A stretch of 64,000 nucleotides of DNA from Williopsis jadinii (taxonomy: Eukaryota), in assembly GCA_024346625.1 (NCBI GenBank), contig AP024664.1, positions 3,224,001 to 3,288,000 of the forward strand, in the 5' to 3' direction. A model generated the notes under the pieces. The model made no database searches. It was not told the origin of the DNA and worked only from the letters and a program-made list of their open reading frames with translations. Below, in pieces: positions 11,474 through 22,424 of this stretch (position 1 is the first letter of the stretch; the number at the start of each line of letters is the position of its first letter). The position numbers and the translations under genes were made by a program.

Positions 11474-14400
11474 CTATAGTAGACTGCAATGCCTTTCAAA
11501 GAGATTACTGAGAAGAGATCCACCTAGGCTCTTCTCCAGCATCTCCACTAAATCACCATCAATGATATAGCCATCCGTCGTAACTTCGCCAGTTTCATAG
11601 TCAAAGAGCGTTTCAAACTTCCAACCAGCGTACACTATTTCCTGTACTTTGGACTCAAGTATTGCCCTAGTGGCTTCTATAACCTCTTGACTTTGAATAA
11701 AAGTCAAAGAGTACATCCCTCCGGAAGCTGAGCCAAGTAGGAAAAGTGGTATCGATTCGATATGTTTTAATCCTTTATCTTCCATCAAGCGATGTAGATC
11801 CTTCTGAGATATCAACGCTTTTGACCTCTCAATGGCCTTGATGACGTTAATCTCATCAGGTAGTACATATCCAACATTACTGTAGACTCCAAGTCTATCA
11901 GCACCCGCAGAGCCTGTTCCGATACCTCCATAAGAGTCTGCTCCTAGTTCAAGATCATAAAATACATCCAATGCAACGGTGAACATATTAGTGAATCCAT
12001 ACGCATATTCGACATTCACCCATCTCAAAAACACTTCGTTATCAGGTTCGTCCAAGACCTCTAACTTGTAGTACTTTGTTGATGCTAATGCGTCTGTGAT
12101 GATAACATCCGGACCAACACTGGTAACGTGTGACGTATAGTGCTCAGGGCGTAAGAACTCTGTAACTCGTTGAAGGGTGAACTTGGAATGCTCCAAACTA
12201 TAGTCAATCTGATAGGCACAAACCCTTGTGCCTCCAGCTATCAAAAGACGATTCGCATGGGATGTTAGGCAATAATACTGTATCCCAGATGATGGTGCAG
12301 TTGCAATACGTTCCAATTTCCCGTCTTGGTCAACAGAAAATATCTCAATCGGTGAGCCTTTCATATCTTCCGTATGGTGCAAACAACTAATGGCAAAGCA
12401 CTGTGATAAGAAGCTCTCCACTCCAAAGTTGATTGGTGGTTCGTTCATCGTAGAGATAACATCGTTTCTATACGCCAGATTCACAGCGTCAGTAACCTCA
12501 ACACCCCTTGGTAACTTATAAGTTGAGACTGTCTTGAAGGTATTGTTCTCTATAACCTCCAATTGACACTGAAAGTCCAATTCATCCTCATATAGCTTAG
12601 ATGGTAGTTGTGTCAATGTGACAAAGAGTGACAAGTTCATAAAGTTTTTGAATTTAATACATTTCCGTACCAATCGAGGTAGCTGTAGCTCGTGCTTCAA
12701 CGTCATGAGCTCCTTATCAATGTGTAATACACCAATAGCACCGTCACTTAAGGTCCAGATCTGCCCATTGGTATACTTTATCAATTCCGGAGGAGTTATC
12801 TGAATGTATCCCCTGGCAGAACAGTTCCCTGTATCGTCGAAAACAAATTTAAGCACACACTCAGCGTTGTATACTAGTACAAAGTCGTCACAGTCTGTCA
12901 ATGAAACAGGTGAAGATCCAATATTCCACTTGTTTCGCTCTCCTTTTCGAATCGTATGCAAATCACCATGTGAAGTACCGATAAGCATCATAGTTTCACC
13001 TCCAATTACCTTCCCCAGAATCGAGGATATGGCAGTTCCAAAAGAGAGCTTCTGAGTTGGTTTATCCGGTATTATCACCTTGACATCACCTTTCCAGTCT
13101 CCAACACAGACTAAAGAAGTGGTTCCTTGTTCAAGATAGGATAAACAAGACACTTCGTCAATGTTAGCTCTATAATGATGGGATCGAAAATAAATGGATT
13201 TGGACGTACAGTACACGGCATTGCCATACTGTGAAAAGACACCATGAACAACGTCTACGGCTTGGATACGAACCCCATCTTGATATATCCCCTTTGTAGT
13301 GATACACATCAGATTTCCACTGGAGTTCCTTTGGACATCCAAAATCTCCCCATCAACATCAAGAACTGCATCCAGGTCATGTGTTTCTTCGAATGTTCGA
13401 TTTGTTTGTTTCAATATGACTGTGCTATCTAGCTGTTTCACAAGGAAATAATCGTCAATATTCCAGCAGTTAAGAATTCCAGGTTCCAATGCTGTTTTTC
13501 TTTCATTCAACATCTTACTTCCAAATCCTTTATACCATGTACTGATGATACCTTCTGTCACGGGCCCTCCGCCAACCGCTTGTATCTTAGGGACAGTTGT
13601 ATTAGTCATTGAAATATCTAACACTGCAGAGAGTGCCTTCTCATTGAAAAGCTCTGTGAGTCTCAGTTGCTCCATATCGATTGAAAACAGCCCTAATCCT
13701 CTCTGCCTTGACTGTACTGCAAAGATGTTATCCTTAAGCTTGACAACTCGTTGGGCATTGTACAGCTTACCCTGGAGCTTGTGAGTGGTCCAAGATTGTA
13801 CTTCAATGGTGTCTGGATACCCTGAGTCATCATTGGCGATGTGGAACTTCAACTCAGTCAAATACACATCACCCTTTTTGGATATCAAGATTATTCTTGT
13901 GCACTTGACATCATTTGGGTTAATCACTACAGCCGTTGAGATTTCCAGTTTCTTGCATTTCTTCTTCACCACGGGATTATGGCTAAGACCAATAACACTT
14001 AGATCCTTGTCTTTATTACCCACGGATATGGTAATATGAGGTACCATACGTTTGTAATTTCTCAGGTATAACCCAGATTTCCCAACAAAGAGTGTACCCA
14101 TGTTGATACAAAATGGCAGAGCTATAGGGCTCACCTTCTCACGAAATCGTATGCCATCGTTTGCTTCAAAGTCTAGCTCGTCAAATTGTTCAAGACAGTA
14201 CTCTGTGTCCCATGTAAAGTACGAATGATGGTATTCGTACAATTCATCGTGATACAGCACGGAAAATGTAACGTGTGTATTATCTTCATGAACGGCGTCG
14301 ATACAATCCACGGGAAGGCATGTTCTTCCATGGGACATTGACAGAGTGAACGACACTGGATCTTTGAAGAGTTTCAGCTTCCCTTGTGTCCAATTACACG

Positions 14401-14890
14401 ACCTTTGTAAATCCTGTGCCTTCTCAAAATTATCCAGGTTTTTAGGCCTATTGACAGGATAGATCACTACTGAACCGTCCGAAGTCAGCGTTGAGAGAAA
14501 CTTGGACGATTCCACACACAGTGAGCGTGTTTCTGGATTTCTAGCGCCTTCAAACTCCTTGTTCAAGGGTAATCTCTCCATGATGATATCAAACCTGTTG
14601 TTATCCTCCAAGGAAAGTATGAGAATGTCGGTGTCAACAGAGACAGCAAGCCAGTAGTCCGTGCAGCCAATAGGTAAGAACGGCTTGATGTCCAAGATCA
14701 GCTCAAACAAAGGTATCGTCTTCCTCAGCACCAACGACTTCAGATCCTCGTGTAACGTATAGAGCTCAACGACATCTCTTTTCCCAACCACTAGGCAGTC
14801 CTCTTTCGCTCCATTACCCAGATTCACAGGAATCACGAATGCCTCTATGAAATTGTTTGGTCTATTGAGTCTCTTTATGACGAGTGGCAT
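11474..14890 (-). CDS. Diverged DDB1-family triple beta-propeller protein, 1138 aa
   Basis: Colinear similarity by eye to recalled DDB1 blocks: LVVGKRDVVELY vs LLIAKNTRLEIY, DGSVVIYPV vs DGLFKVIPL, C-terminal IIDGDLVE vs FIDGDLIE. Length is close to DDB1. Confidence 0.7.
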   Translation of the reverse strand: MPLVIKRLNRPNNFIEAFVIPVNLGNGAKEDCLVVGKRDVVELYTLHEDLKSLVLRKTIPLFELILDIKPFLPIGCTDYWLAVSVDTDILILSLEDNNRFDIIMERLPLNKEFEGARNPETRSLCVESSKFLSTLTSDGSVVIYPVNRPKNLDNFEKAQDLQRSCNWTQGKLKLFKDPVSFTLSMSHGRTCLPVDCIDAVHEDNTHVTFSVLYHDELYEYHHSYFTWDTEYCLEQFDELDFEANDGIRFREKVSPIALPFCINMGTLFVGKSGLYLRNYKRMVPHITISVGNKDKDLSVIGLSHNPVVKKKCKKLEISTAVVINPNDVKCTRIILISKKGDVYLTELKFHIANDDSGYPDTIEVQSWTTHKLQGKLYNAQRVVKLKDNIFAVQSRQRGLGLFSIDMEQLRLTELFNEKALSAVLDISMTNTTVPKIQAVGGGPVTEGIISTWYKGFGSKMLNERKTALEPGILNCWNIDDYFLVKQLDSTVILKQTNRTFEETHDLDAVLDVDGEILDVQRNSSGNLMCITTKGIYQDGVRIQAVDVVHGVFSQYGNAVYCTSKSIYFRSHHYRANIDEVSCLSYLEQGTTSLVCVGDWKGDVKVIIPDKPTQKLSFGTAISSILGKVIGGETMMLIGTSHGDLHTIRKGERNKWNIGSSPVSLTDCDDFVLVYNAECVLKFVFDDTGNCSARGYIQITPPELIKYTNGQIWTLSDGAIGVLHIDKELMTLKHELQLPRLVRKCIKFKNFMNLSLFVTLTQLPSKLYEDELDFQCQLEVIENNTFKTVSTYKLPRGVEVTDAVNLAYRNDVISTMNEPPINFGVESFLSQCFAISCLHHTEDMKGSPIEIFSVDQDGKLERIATAPSSGIQYYCLTSHANRLLIAGGTRVCAYQIDYSLEHSKFTLQRVTEFLRPEHYTSHVTSVGPDVIITDALASTKYYKLEVLDEPDNEVFLRWVNVEYAYGFTNMFTVALDVFYDLELGADSYGGIGTGSAGADRLGVYSNVGYVLPDEINVIKAIERSKALISQKDLHRLMEDKGLKHIESIPLFLLGSASGGMYSLTFIQSQEVIEATRAILESKVQEIVYAGWKFETLFDYETGEVTTDGYIIDGDLVEMLEKSLGGSLLSNLFERHCSLL

Positions 14891-15764
14891 TGCGGCATCA
14901 GTTGTAGGGATACCAGTGACTGTGTTAGACCCTCAGCGGTAGTGCTTGCCTCGGTCTTTAACTGGCTGGGATCCGTTCGATGAGGTATTAAAGTATGTGT
15001 TTTGCTAGGTGTCTGGGTGTACGCAATGATAGGCTCGCTGCAATTTCACAAGTGCTCATATTTGAACCAATTCCTCAATAAACGGCGTGCTGGTAGTATC
15101 AACTGGGCAGTTCACCAAGCCCAAGTGCTTATTTCAACGTACGTAATAAATATCATTGGGAAAATATGTTAGATTAGTTGTGAGCTTCTCATCTTAGAGA
15201 TCAGTAGAATAACACTGAATGGTCATTCTGCCTAATAAAATTAAAACAATAAAATATAATAATTGTCATATTTATCAACAAAGAATTTGAAACTGAGATG
15301 TATTCCCACTGTAAGTCATCAGGCAATAGCCAACACTCTAATGTACATCCTCTGAAAACCAAAACTCCCAAACCCACGCTAACATTCCTCCACATCATAC
15401 CACACGATAACATCATCGCAGTACAACCACCGTGCGCGCTGGGTGACACATCCGAACACCACACTCTGTCTTCGTGACACAAAGAGCCCCCGTCAAAACG
15501 GGATAGCACACAAAGCTTAAACACACAGCCTCAACTGCAATGTTATGTGCATAGCTTCCACACCGAATCATCATCAGACATAATACAACAAGGAGACGCT
15601 GTGTATATCAAGGAGAGCGAGCTTTGGCATTGTGCAATCACATGTATCAGGATTCCATCACGCTACTCAATTCATAGGCTCTATCGAAATCTTCAGCTGT
15701 TTTCGTGTGTATCTTTGCAAGCCTCTACAGCCCGCTTCAACCGTGTCATTATACACACGGTGCA

Positions 15765-18284
15765 ATGTTGAAGTTCTTCCAGTTTGGATCTACACAAGAG
15801 GGTGACTCCACCAGCCTATCGTCCGAGATGAGTGGCGAAGGGTGCCATGGCGAGGCCGGGAGAACCCTACTTGACCATTGCCGTTGCTGTGGGACGTTGA
15901 TTAAGTACCCGGAATCGGTTACAAAGTATAAGTGCTCTGTCTGTCATTCAACACAGTCTACGGACAAAGCCAGCAGACCTTCGCATGAAGATCTCACGTT
16001 GGACTTGAACACGGTGCTAGATTTGGATACACAGTGTAAGTTGAACTTGGCCAAAGGTATGGATCTCCACAGCGCATATGAACCATTGGAGAGATATCTT
16101 ACAGTGAGGTTCGGGTCTCTTGAATGTTTAAAGAATTCGTTCAAAACCCATTCAGGAAATAGGCCATTGGATATCAACAACGAGGAGTTATACCAGTTGT
16201 ACCGTATAGTGATATCATTGCCAACAAGAAGGCCATATGTAAAGTTATTGATGGCTGTGAACGAGACGCTTCTAAGACCGCAGGGGAATTTAGATTCATT
16301 GGGGGATATTCGTTCACTGTTGATACTATGGGAACTACCAACGTTGAAGCACTGTCTTTATCACTCAAGGAAACCGACAAAGAAGGTATCCAGGTTAGAG
16401 ACACCTGAAATTAAATCATTGTCATACGAGATTGTGAAAAGGGTAATTGGTTATTTGTCTAATGCTGACCTCACGCTACTTTCTTCTTTAACAAACTTCT
16501 TTCATTCATGGACTACACAACAGTTGGCTTCGAAAGTTCAATTGTTGAACCTATACATCACTTTCCATTTGACAAGGATCGTTAATGCGCAATCATCTAT
16601 GAGCGCATTCCAATCAAGCAGTCCAAACCTTTCTGAGTATTCAAATTCATCCAAATTAAACTCGTCTTCAGATTCATCAGCTTGTGAAACCCTCTCGAGA
16701 GTTGGCTCTTTGAATGTTGGTGCACGGTTACCAAGGAGTATCAGCCTATGGAATGATCGGTCAACTTCGATATTTCCCACAAGGGAGCAGAGAAACGAAA
16801 AGCTTAAAGTCTCACAGTACGGCAATGACTGGCATATTAAATCAGCTTCAAGGCTTTTGTCGATGCTCTTTGTTGCAAATAACAAGCAATTACCCGTGTG
16901 TGCGTTCTACAACGTGGTTTCAGATCATATTCTGCTTAAACAAGACTTTGATGTTTGGCAATCGAGCTTTAAGAAACCAGAGAAGAACGATCCAAATAGA
17001 GCTCTAAGAGAGATTCTAAACTGTGGAACTATCTTGGGAGATAACAATACATCAAGGATTCCACAGTTTACGTTTTGCCAGTTCCCGTTCCTTCTTTCTC
17101 TTGGTGCAAAGATATCGATCTTAGAGTACGAATCGAAGAAGTCCATGGAGCGAATGGCAGAGGAAGCTTTTATACATGCATTGGACAACAGGGTCCCAAC
17201 TTCAGTGAACGTTGTATTTCACATCAGAAGAAGCCACATCACAGACGATTCATTGTGTTGCATTAAACAGCATCAAAACGAATTGAAGAAGGCGTTGAAG
17301 ATTGAGTTTGTTGGCGAGCCTGGCGTTGATGCTGGAGGGTTGAAGAAGGAGTGGTTTCAACTATTGATCAGGAACTTGTTCAAACAAGATAATGGTATGT
17401 TCCTGTTCAACAGTGAGTCCAGATTGTGCTGGTTTGCACCTGAACCATCCGAGAAGAACGATGAACTATTCTTCTTAGTTGGTGTTATATTGGGGCTTGC
17501 CATATATAACTCCACCATTTTGGACCTCAAGTTTCCTCTTGCTTTGTACAAGAAGCTCTTAGGCAAAAGCATCCATCTAGACGATTACACTGAACTTTGT
17601 CCTTCAACAGGCGAAGGACTTAGAAAGCTGTTGCACTGTGATCATGATGAGGTTGAAGAGATGGGAATATATTTCGAAACTAGTTTCCAGAGCGGCCCTG
17701 GAGAGGTCATTACGAGAGAATTGTGTCCTAATGGATCAAAGAGATTGGTTACTCACGAGTCTCGCAGGGAGTACGTCAATAGATGGGTTGATTTTTACAT
17801 GAATAGGTCAATTGAGGAGCAGTTCAACAGCTTTAACCGTGGGTTTCAAATGATAATCGGCGGGAATGCCATCTCTCTATTTGCTCCTCGAGAAATAGAA
17901 ATGATCATCTGCGGTAACGGTGATACCAGAATTGACGTATCTTCCTTAAAGAGTATTACAAAATACAACGGCTGGAGCTCCTCAGAAGAGGCTTCGAACT
18001 CACAATTGATCAAATGGTTCTGGGAGTGGGTTGAAACGTTGAACAATGCCAAACAGAAACAATTCTTATGCTTCGTGACAGGGTCAGGACGTATTCCGGC
18101 AACAGGCATAACAACGATGAGCTTCAAGATCACAAGGCTCAAGAGCTATGGGACGTCTACAAGGCTACCAATGGCGCACACGTGCTTTAACGAGCTTTGT
18201 CTCTTTGAGTATAGGTCGAGGGAGGAGATGTTCAGAAAGCTCAACATCAGCATTAGTGAAAGTGAAGGCTTTGGACTAAGATAA
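15765..18284 (+). CDS. HUL4: HECT E3 ubiquitin ligase Hul4
   Basis: First ATG at 15765. N-terminal CxxC..CxxC, FVGEPGVDAGGLKKEWF, catalytic LPMAHTCFN. Confidence 0.92.
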   Translation: MLKFFQFGSTQEGDSTSLSSEMSGEGCHGEAGRTLLDHCRCCGTLIKYPESVTKYKCSVCHSTQSTDKASRPSHEDLTLDLNTVLDLDTQCKLNLAKGMDLHSAYEPLERYLTVRFGSLECLKNSFKTHSGNRPLDINNEELYQLYRIVISLPTRRPYVKLLMAVNETLLRPQGNLDSLGDIRSLLILWELPTLKHCLYHSRKPTKKVSRLETPEIKSLSYEIVKRVIGYLSNADLTLLSSLTNFFHSWTTQQLASKVQLLNLYITFHLTRIVNAQSSMSAFQSSSPNLSEYSNSSKLNSSSDSSACETLSRVGSLNVGARLPRSISLWNDRSTSIFPTREQRNEKLKVSQYGNDWHIKSASRLLSMLFVANNKQLPVCAFYNVVSDHILLKQDFDVWQSSFKKPEKNDPNRALREILNCGTILGDNNTSRIPQFTFCQFPFLLSLGAKISILEYESKKSMERMAEEAFIHALDNRVPTSVNVVFHIRRSHITDDSLCCIKQHQNELKKALKIEFVGEPGVDAGGLKKEWFQLLIRNLFKQDNGMFLFNSESRLCWFAPEPSEKNDELFFLVGVILGLAIYNSTILDLKFPLALYKKLLGKSIHLDDYTELCPSTGEGLRKLLHCDHDEVEEMGIYFETSFQSGPGEVITRELCPNGSKRLVTHESRREYVNRWVDFYMNRSIEEQFNSFNRGFQMIIGGNAISLFAPREIEMIICGNGDTRIDVSSLKSITKYNGWSSSEEASNSQLIKWFWEWVETLNNAKQKQFLCFVTGSGRIPATGITTMSFKITRLKSYGTSTRLPMAHTCFNELCLFEYRSREEMFRKLNISISESEGFGLR

Positions 18285-18845
18285 GGGCTATAAATATGGG
18301 GATAAAGGTCATACAGAAACAATAGAAAATAAAACTTGTAGTAAAACTTTGAAAACAATGCAATTGATATATATATAAAAACAACAACAACAGAAACACA
18401 AGATATAACCACGAGAAGTATCGCCTATTTACAATTGATTGAGTGTCTGTGTTTGTCTGTTTGTCTTTTAAAACCCCATTTGTTGGAAACAGTCAAGATC
18501 CAACTAATCATATCAAAAAAGCAGCGAATGTTCTCTCGATAGAGAGAGCACGAGGAAAGAACAGATCACAACCATCACTTCGAAATATAACAAATGGTGC
18601 TCATGTAATTCCTGGCAGGACAATTCTCCAACTCTCTCTATGATGGTGTATAACTCTTGCGTTTATGTGATGTAGTTAATGTAAATTTGATTTTGTTTTT
18701 TTGGTGCGTAAGCGTATTTCATTCAAGGTCTCCATCTCTTCATACCTTCCTCTCATTTTGGAATATTAAACTATTCTCCAAATACCATTTATTATCATTC
18801 TCCCTCGTCTCCGTCTTCATTTCGAATCATTCTTGTCCCTTCAAC

Positions 18846-19704
18846 TTAACCAATGACAACGTTGTCACCGTCAAATTCGTAAGCTGGGATCTCCAAGTTC
18901 AATGGAGCTGGACCTCTTCTGATTCTACCAGAGATATCGTAGTGGGAACCGTGACATGGACAGAACCAACCACCGAAATCACCAGCCTCACCGATTGGAA
19001 CACAACCCAAATGGGTACAGATACCCAACATGATAAGCCATTCTGGGTTCTTGACACGGTCAGCATCGGTTTCTGGGTCTCTCAAGGAGGACACGTCGAC
19101 GGAGTTGGCCTCGTCAATCTCAGCCTGTGTTCTGTGTCTGATAAACACTGGCTTACCTTGCCATTTGACGACAACGTTCTTACCTTCTGGGATAGCAGCC
19201 AAACCAACCTCAACCTTGGCCATAGCCAAAACATCAGCGGAGGCGGACCAGGAAGCCAAGAAGGCCTCAACGGTGGACTTAGCACCGGCGGCAGAGAGCA
19301 AACCAAGAGAACCAACGGTGAAGTAGGTGAAAACACGACCCTTGTCGGTGCTACCTTCTGGCTTCACGTACTCACCAAAGTCTGGTGTACGGTAGGTGGA
19401 CTTCTGAGCAACAGACGAAGAAGACAACAGTCTAGCTTGACCAGCTGTGTATGAATCCGTGTTAGTACTATCACTTTATAGAACAAACATGACAATCTCC
19501 TGATGCGGTACGACAAGACTGGGCCAATTGACACACTCCTACACCTCCTCAATCCGACACTTCCACACTCCTACACCTCCATACATCCTGGTCCATCTCC
19601 AATCATTCAGCATCAAGAGACATCACTCCATAACCGTGGAAACCACACATACCCAAAGCCTTGAGAGAAGTAGTGTTACGCAAAGCAGATCTCAATGAAA
19701 GCAT
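18846..19704 (-). CDS. RIP1: Rieske iron-sulfur protein; exons 19704-19653 and 19444-18846
   Basis: CTHLGC and CPCHGS boxes. Intron 19652-19445 (GTATGT..TACTAAC..CAG) adds the presequence MLSLRSALRNTTSLKALA in frame. Confidence 0.97.
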
Positions 19705-20115
19705 CTTCACTTCTAATGTTTTATCTGTGTTTTGTTAGTTCAAAAGGGGTTCTTTCTTTCCTCCTGTTGAGCAGAAAAAAGAGCTGTGTGTGTGGTTTTT
19801 TTTCCCTGCTCTTGCGCCTGTGTGAAGTTTACCAGAAAAAACACAGAGCGAATGGGAAAAACTTCGAAATCCAAATCAACAGAGCGCTGATTCGTTGAAA
19901 AAAAAAAAAAAAAAAACACCACAAAAGCGAATAAATGCGGTCCGCGCACATCGGAATTTTCCGCCATGGAAATGTCGGAATTTGAGAATGAAAATGTGCT
20001 TACATAATGGGAGTCTATTCCGAGGGAGAGCTCCACCTATTTGGGTGGGGTCGGGGTCGGAAGTCTTAGAGGCGTACGTGATGGTTTGCAGCAATGCTTA
20101 CTAGTTTTATAGCCG

Positions 20116-22004
20116 TTAAACGTATCCAAATTGCTTCATAACCAAGTCCAAGTCGTCTGGAACTATCCTCCAGGACTCGGACTCCCATTTGGAAAGCAAT
20201 GCCTTTGTTTCCTTGACAAGCTTCCTCAACACTTCGTGGCCATCGCCAGGCACTTGCGGTTCTTTCCCATCCATCAACTCCACAGCGTAGCTAGGTAGAT
20301 TCCGTGGTTTGTAGTCCGCACAACAGTGTAGCTTCCATAGGACGCTCCAATGGAGTCTTGCACAGGAAGGCACCGACCTAGCACGGCCTAGGTTTGGTGC
20401 ATAACGTCTTGTCCACTGTCCAGTCTCATTCTCAATTTTAGTGCCAAGTGGTAGGAGCTCAAGAATCCACCAGCAGAGAGTTACCCAGATTGAGGTATTG
20501 CCTCGACCATCACAACATTCAATAGGTGAAGTGGGAAGCTCCTGGTACGTTTGATATATCCTGGTGATTGATTGGCCGGTGTGAGCCCCCGCTTTAAGAG
20601 GTTTTAAAGATGTGAGGTAAATACCAGAATTAAAAAGGTCCTCATATGACGATGGATCTTCAAGAACAGTACACGATCTGAAATTAGGAATCCTTCTCTT
20701 GTGAAAGAGCAGCTGTGATATATCGAGCACACGCTGCTTATCAGTCTGGGAAATGTCAAGTGTAAGGCCATTATTCTTGAAAGATAAGGCATCATGTAAG
20801 GGCGAAACAAACGAATCTAATGAAGAATACCTATTGGCAAACCCAACCATTTTGGATTTCTGGAACCTGACACCAGCTCTTATAGATTCGGCAAACATCC
20901 ATCTTAGAGGGAGATTGGACAGAAATTGACCGTTTATATCAGGCTGCCACCCACCACCAACATCACCATGACCACCTGGGAACCACATCTCTTGGTATTC
21001 CCCACTAAGGATTCTTCTGTTGTACACATCTTTACAAGATTCTGAAGAATAGTCCAAATTGGGATTCAAGAGCTGCTCAAAATCGGTGCTTGAGCCAATA
21101 CTCTCTAATTTGTTCAGAAGATCTTCAGTGATAGTACGTGCTCTACCATCGGAAGCAATCAAGGGTTTAGTGAAGTCATCACGATGGTTTATATCTTGAC
21201 TATTTTGCTGAGGCTCACATTCAAGGGACATGGTTTTCAGAGAAACGAGATGCTGCTTATATGGGAAAGGTGAAATCAAGTTCAGTTTGTATTTAGCACG
21301 ACGCTCATCCAAGCTCACAGCATGTCTAATGTTCTTCACATGTCCGAGGTTTGTACTGAAGGGGAACATTCGATCCCTGAACAAGCCCACAGAGTTGATT
21401 GTGTCAAACAACCCCATAAACTCGATGAGAGGCGAAGATGTTCTTGCAAACGTTAATTTGAACTCTTCAACAAGCGTTGTAGTATAATCAGGTTGACTTG
21501 GCTGTGCAGCGTACTCCCAAGCACTGTAGATGGACCACAGTGACTCTATAAGGCCTTCCAATCCTGGATTTAACAATCCAACACGGTCAATCATAGAGCC
21601 CAAGACACGTGCAGTGAATGCACCTCGACTGGATGCTTTTGTTAGTTTGAATATTCAAAATCAGCTAAAGCTGAGGTCGATGCATACCTAAAGCCAAAGA
21701 GATATATCTTATCACCCTCGTGATAGAATCGCATCAAGAAACGATACGCATCTTGAACGTGTTGATCTAGGCTGAAAGCAACAGCCGCATCAGCCATGTC
21801 ATTTATCTTATTAATCATATCCCATGCGTTATTCATACTGACAGACATAGCTGCTCCCAACCCAGGCTGATAATAACATATCTGTTGCGTAGGGTCGTCC
21901 CTTTCTAATGTCAGGAATAGCTTGAGTAAATTTGTATATGGATCCGGACCAAAATTACAATCTGTGCCATCAAAGCAAAGAACAATGTTCCTATGACCCA
22001 GCAT
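20116..22004 (-). CDS. DUF2235 (Tle1-like alpha/beta hydrolase) protein, YEL023C-like; exons 22004-21688 and 21628-20116
   Basis: Intron 21687-21629 (GTATGC..ACTAAC..CAG) joins two ORFs and restores FGFSRGAF. Also LCFDGT, GLFDTINSVG, HAVSLDERR, WFPGGHGDVGGG. Confidence 0.92.
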
Positions 22005-22424
22005 TTGTACTTTACCACACCCAACATCGTGACATATTTGGCTGATAAAGTAGACAATTTATTCCCTCTTGCTCATTCATACCCATGAATGCATCATCAT
22101 GTGACACAAATATCAAGCTTCAAGAGGCAGTAGTGAGGTATTGACAACACAATTGACACAAAGCCCTCAAATAGCAAGCATATCAAAGGTGTTTGTGGAC
22201 TTATTCTGTTGATAAATTGTAATACCTCCATATAACTTGCAAGAATTGACTTGTCAATTGAGAGAGAACTGCAACGTTTGAACGCAGAGGGCATCGTGTG
22301 TGTCCCTTACCGATGATAATTTTTTTTCCCTCCTACCACCGCTTCGAGGCCTTCGGGACACAATTTGGATCGAAGAAGTCATACAACTTGCAAAAGATAC
22401 AAGGATAGTACTCGAATCATAGCG

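Noticed and set aside
18657..19454. 265-aa antisense ORF over RIP1
   Set aside because: Codon-bias shadow that extends into low-complexity UTR sequence.
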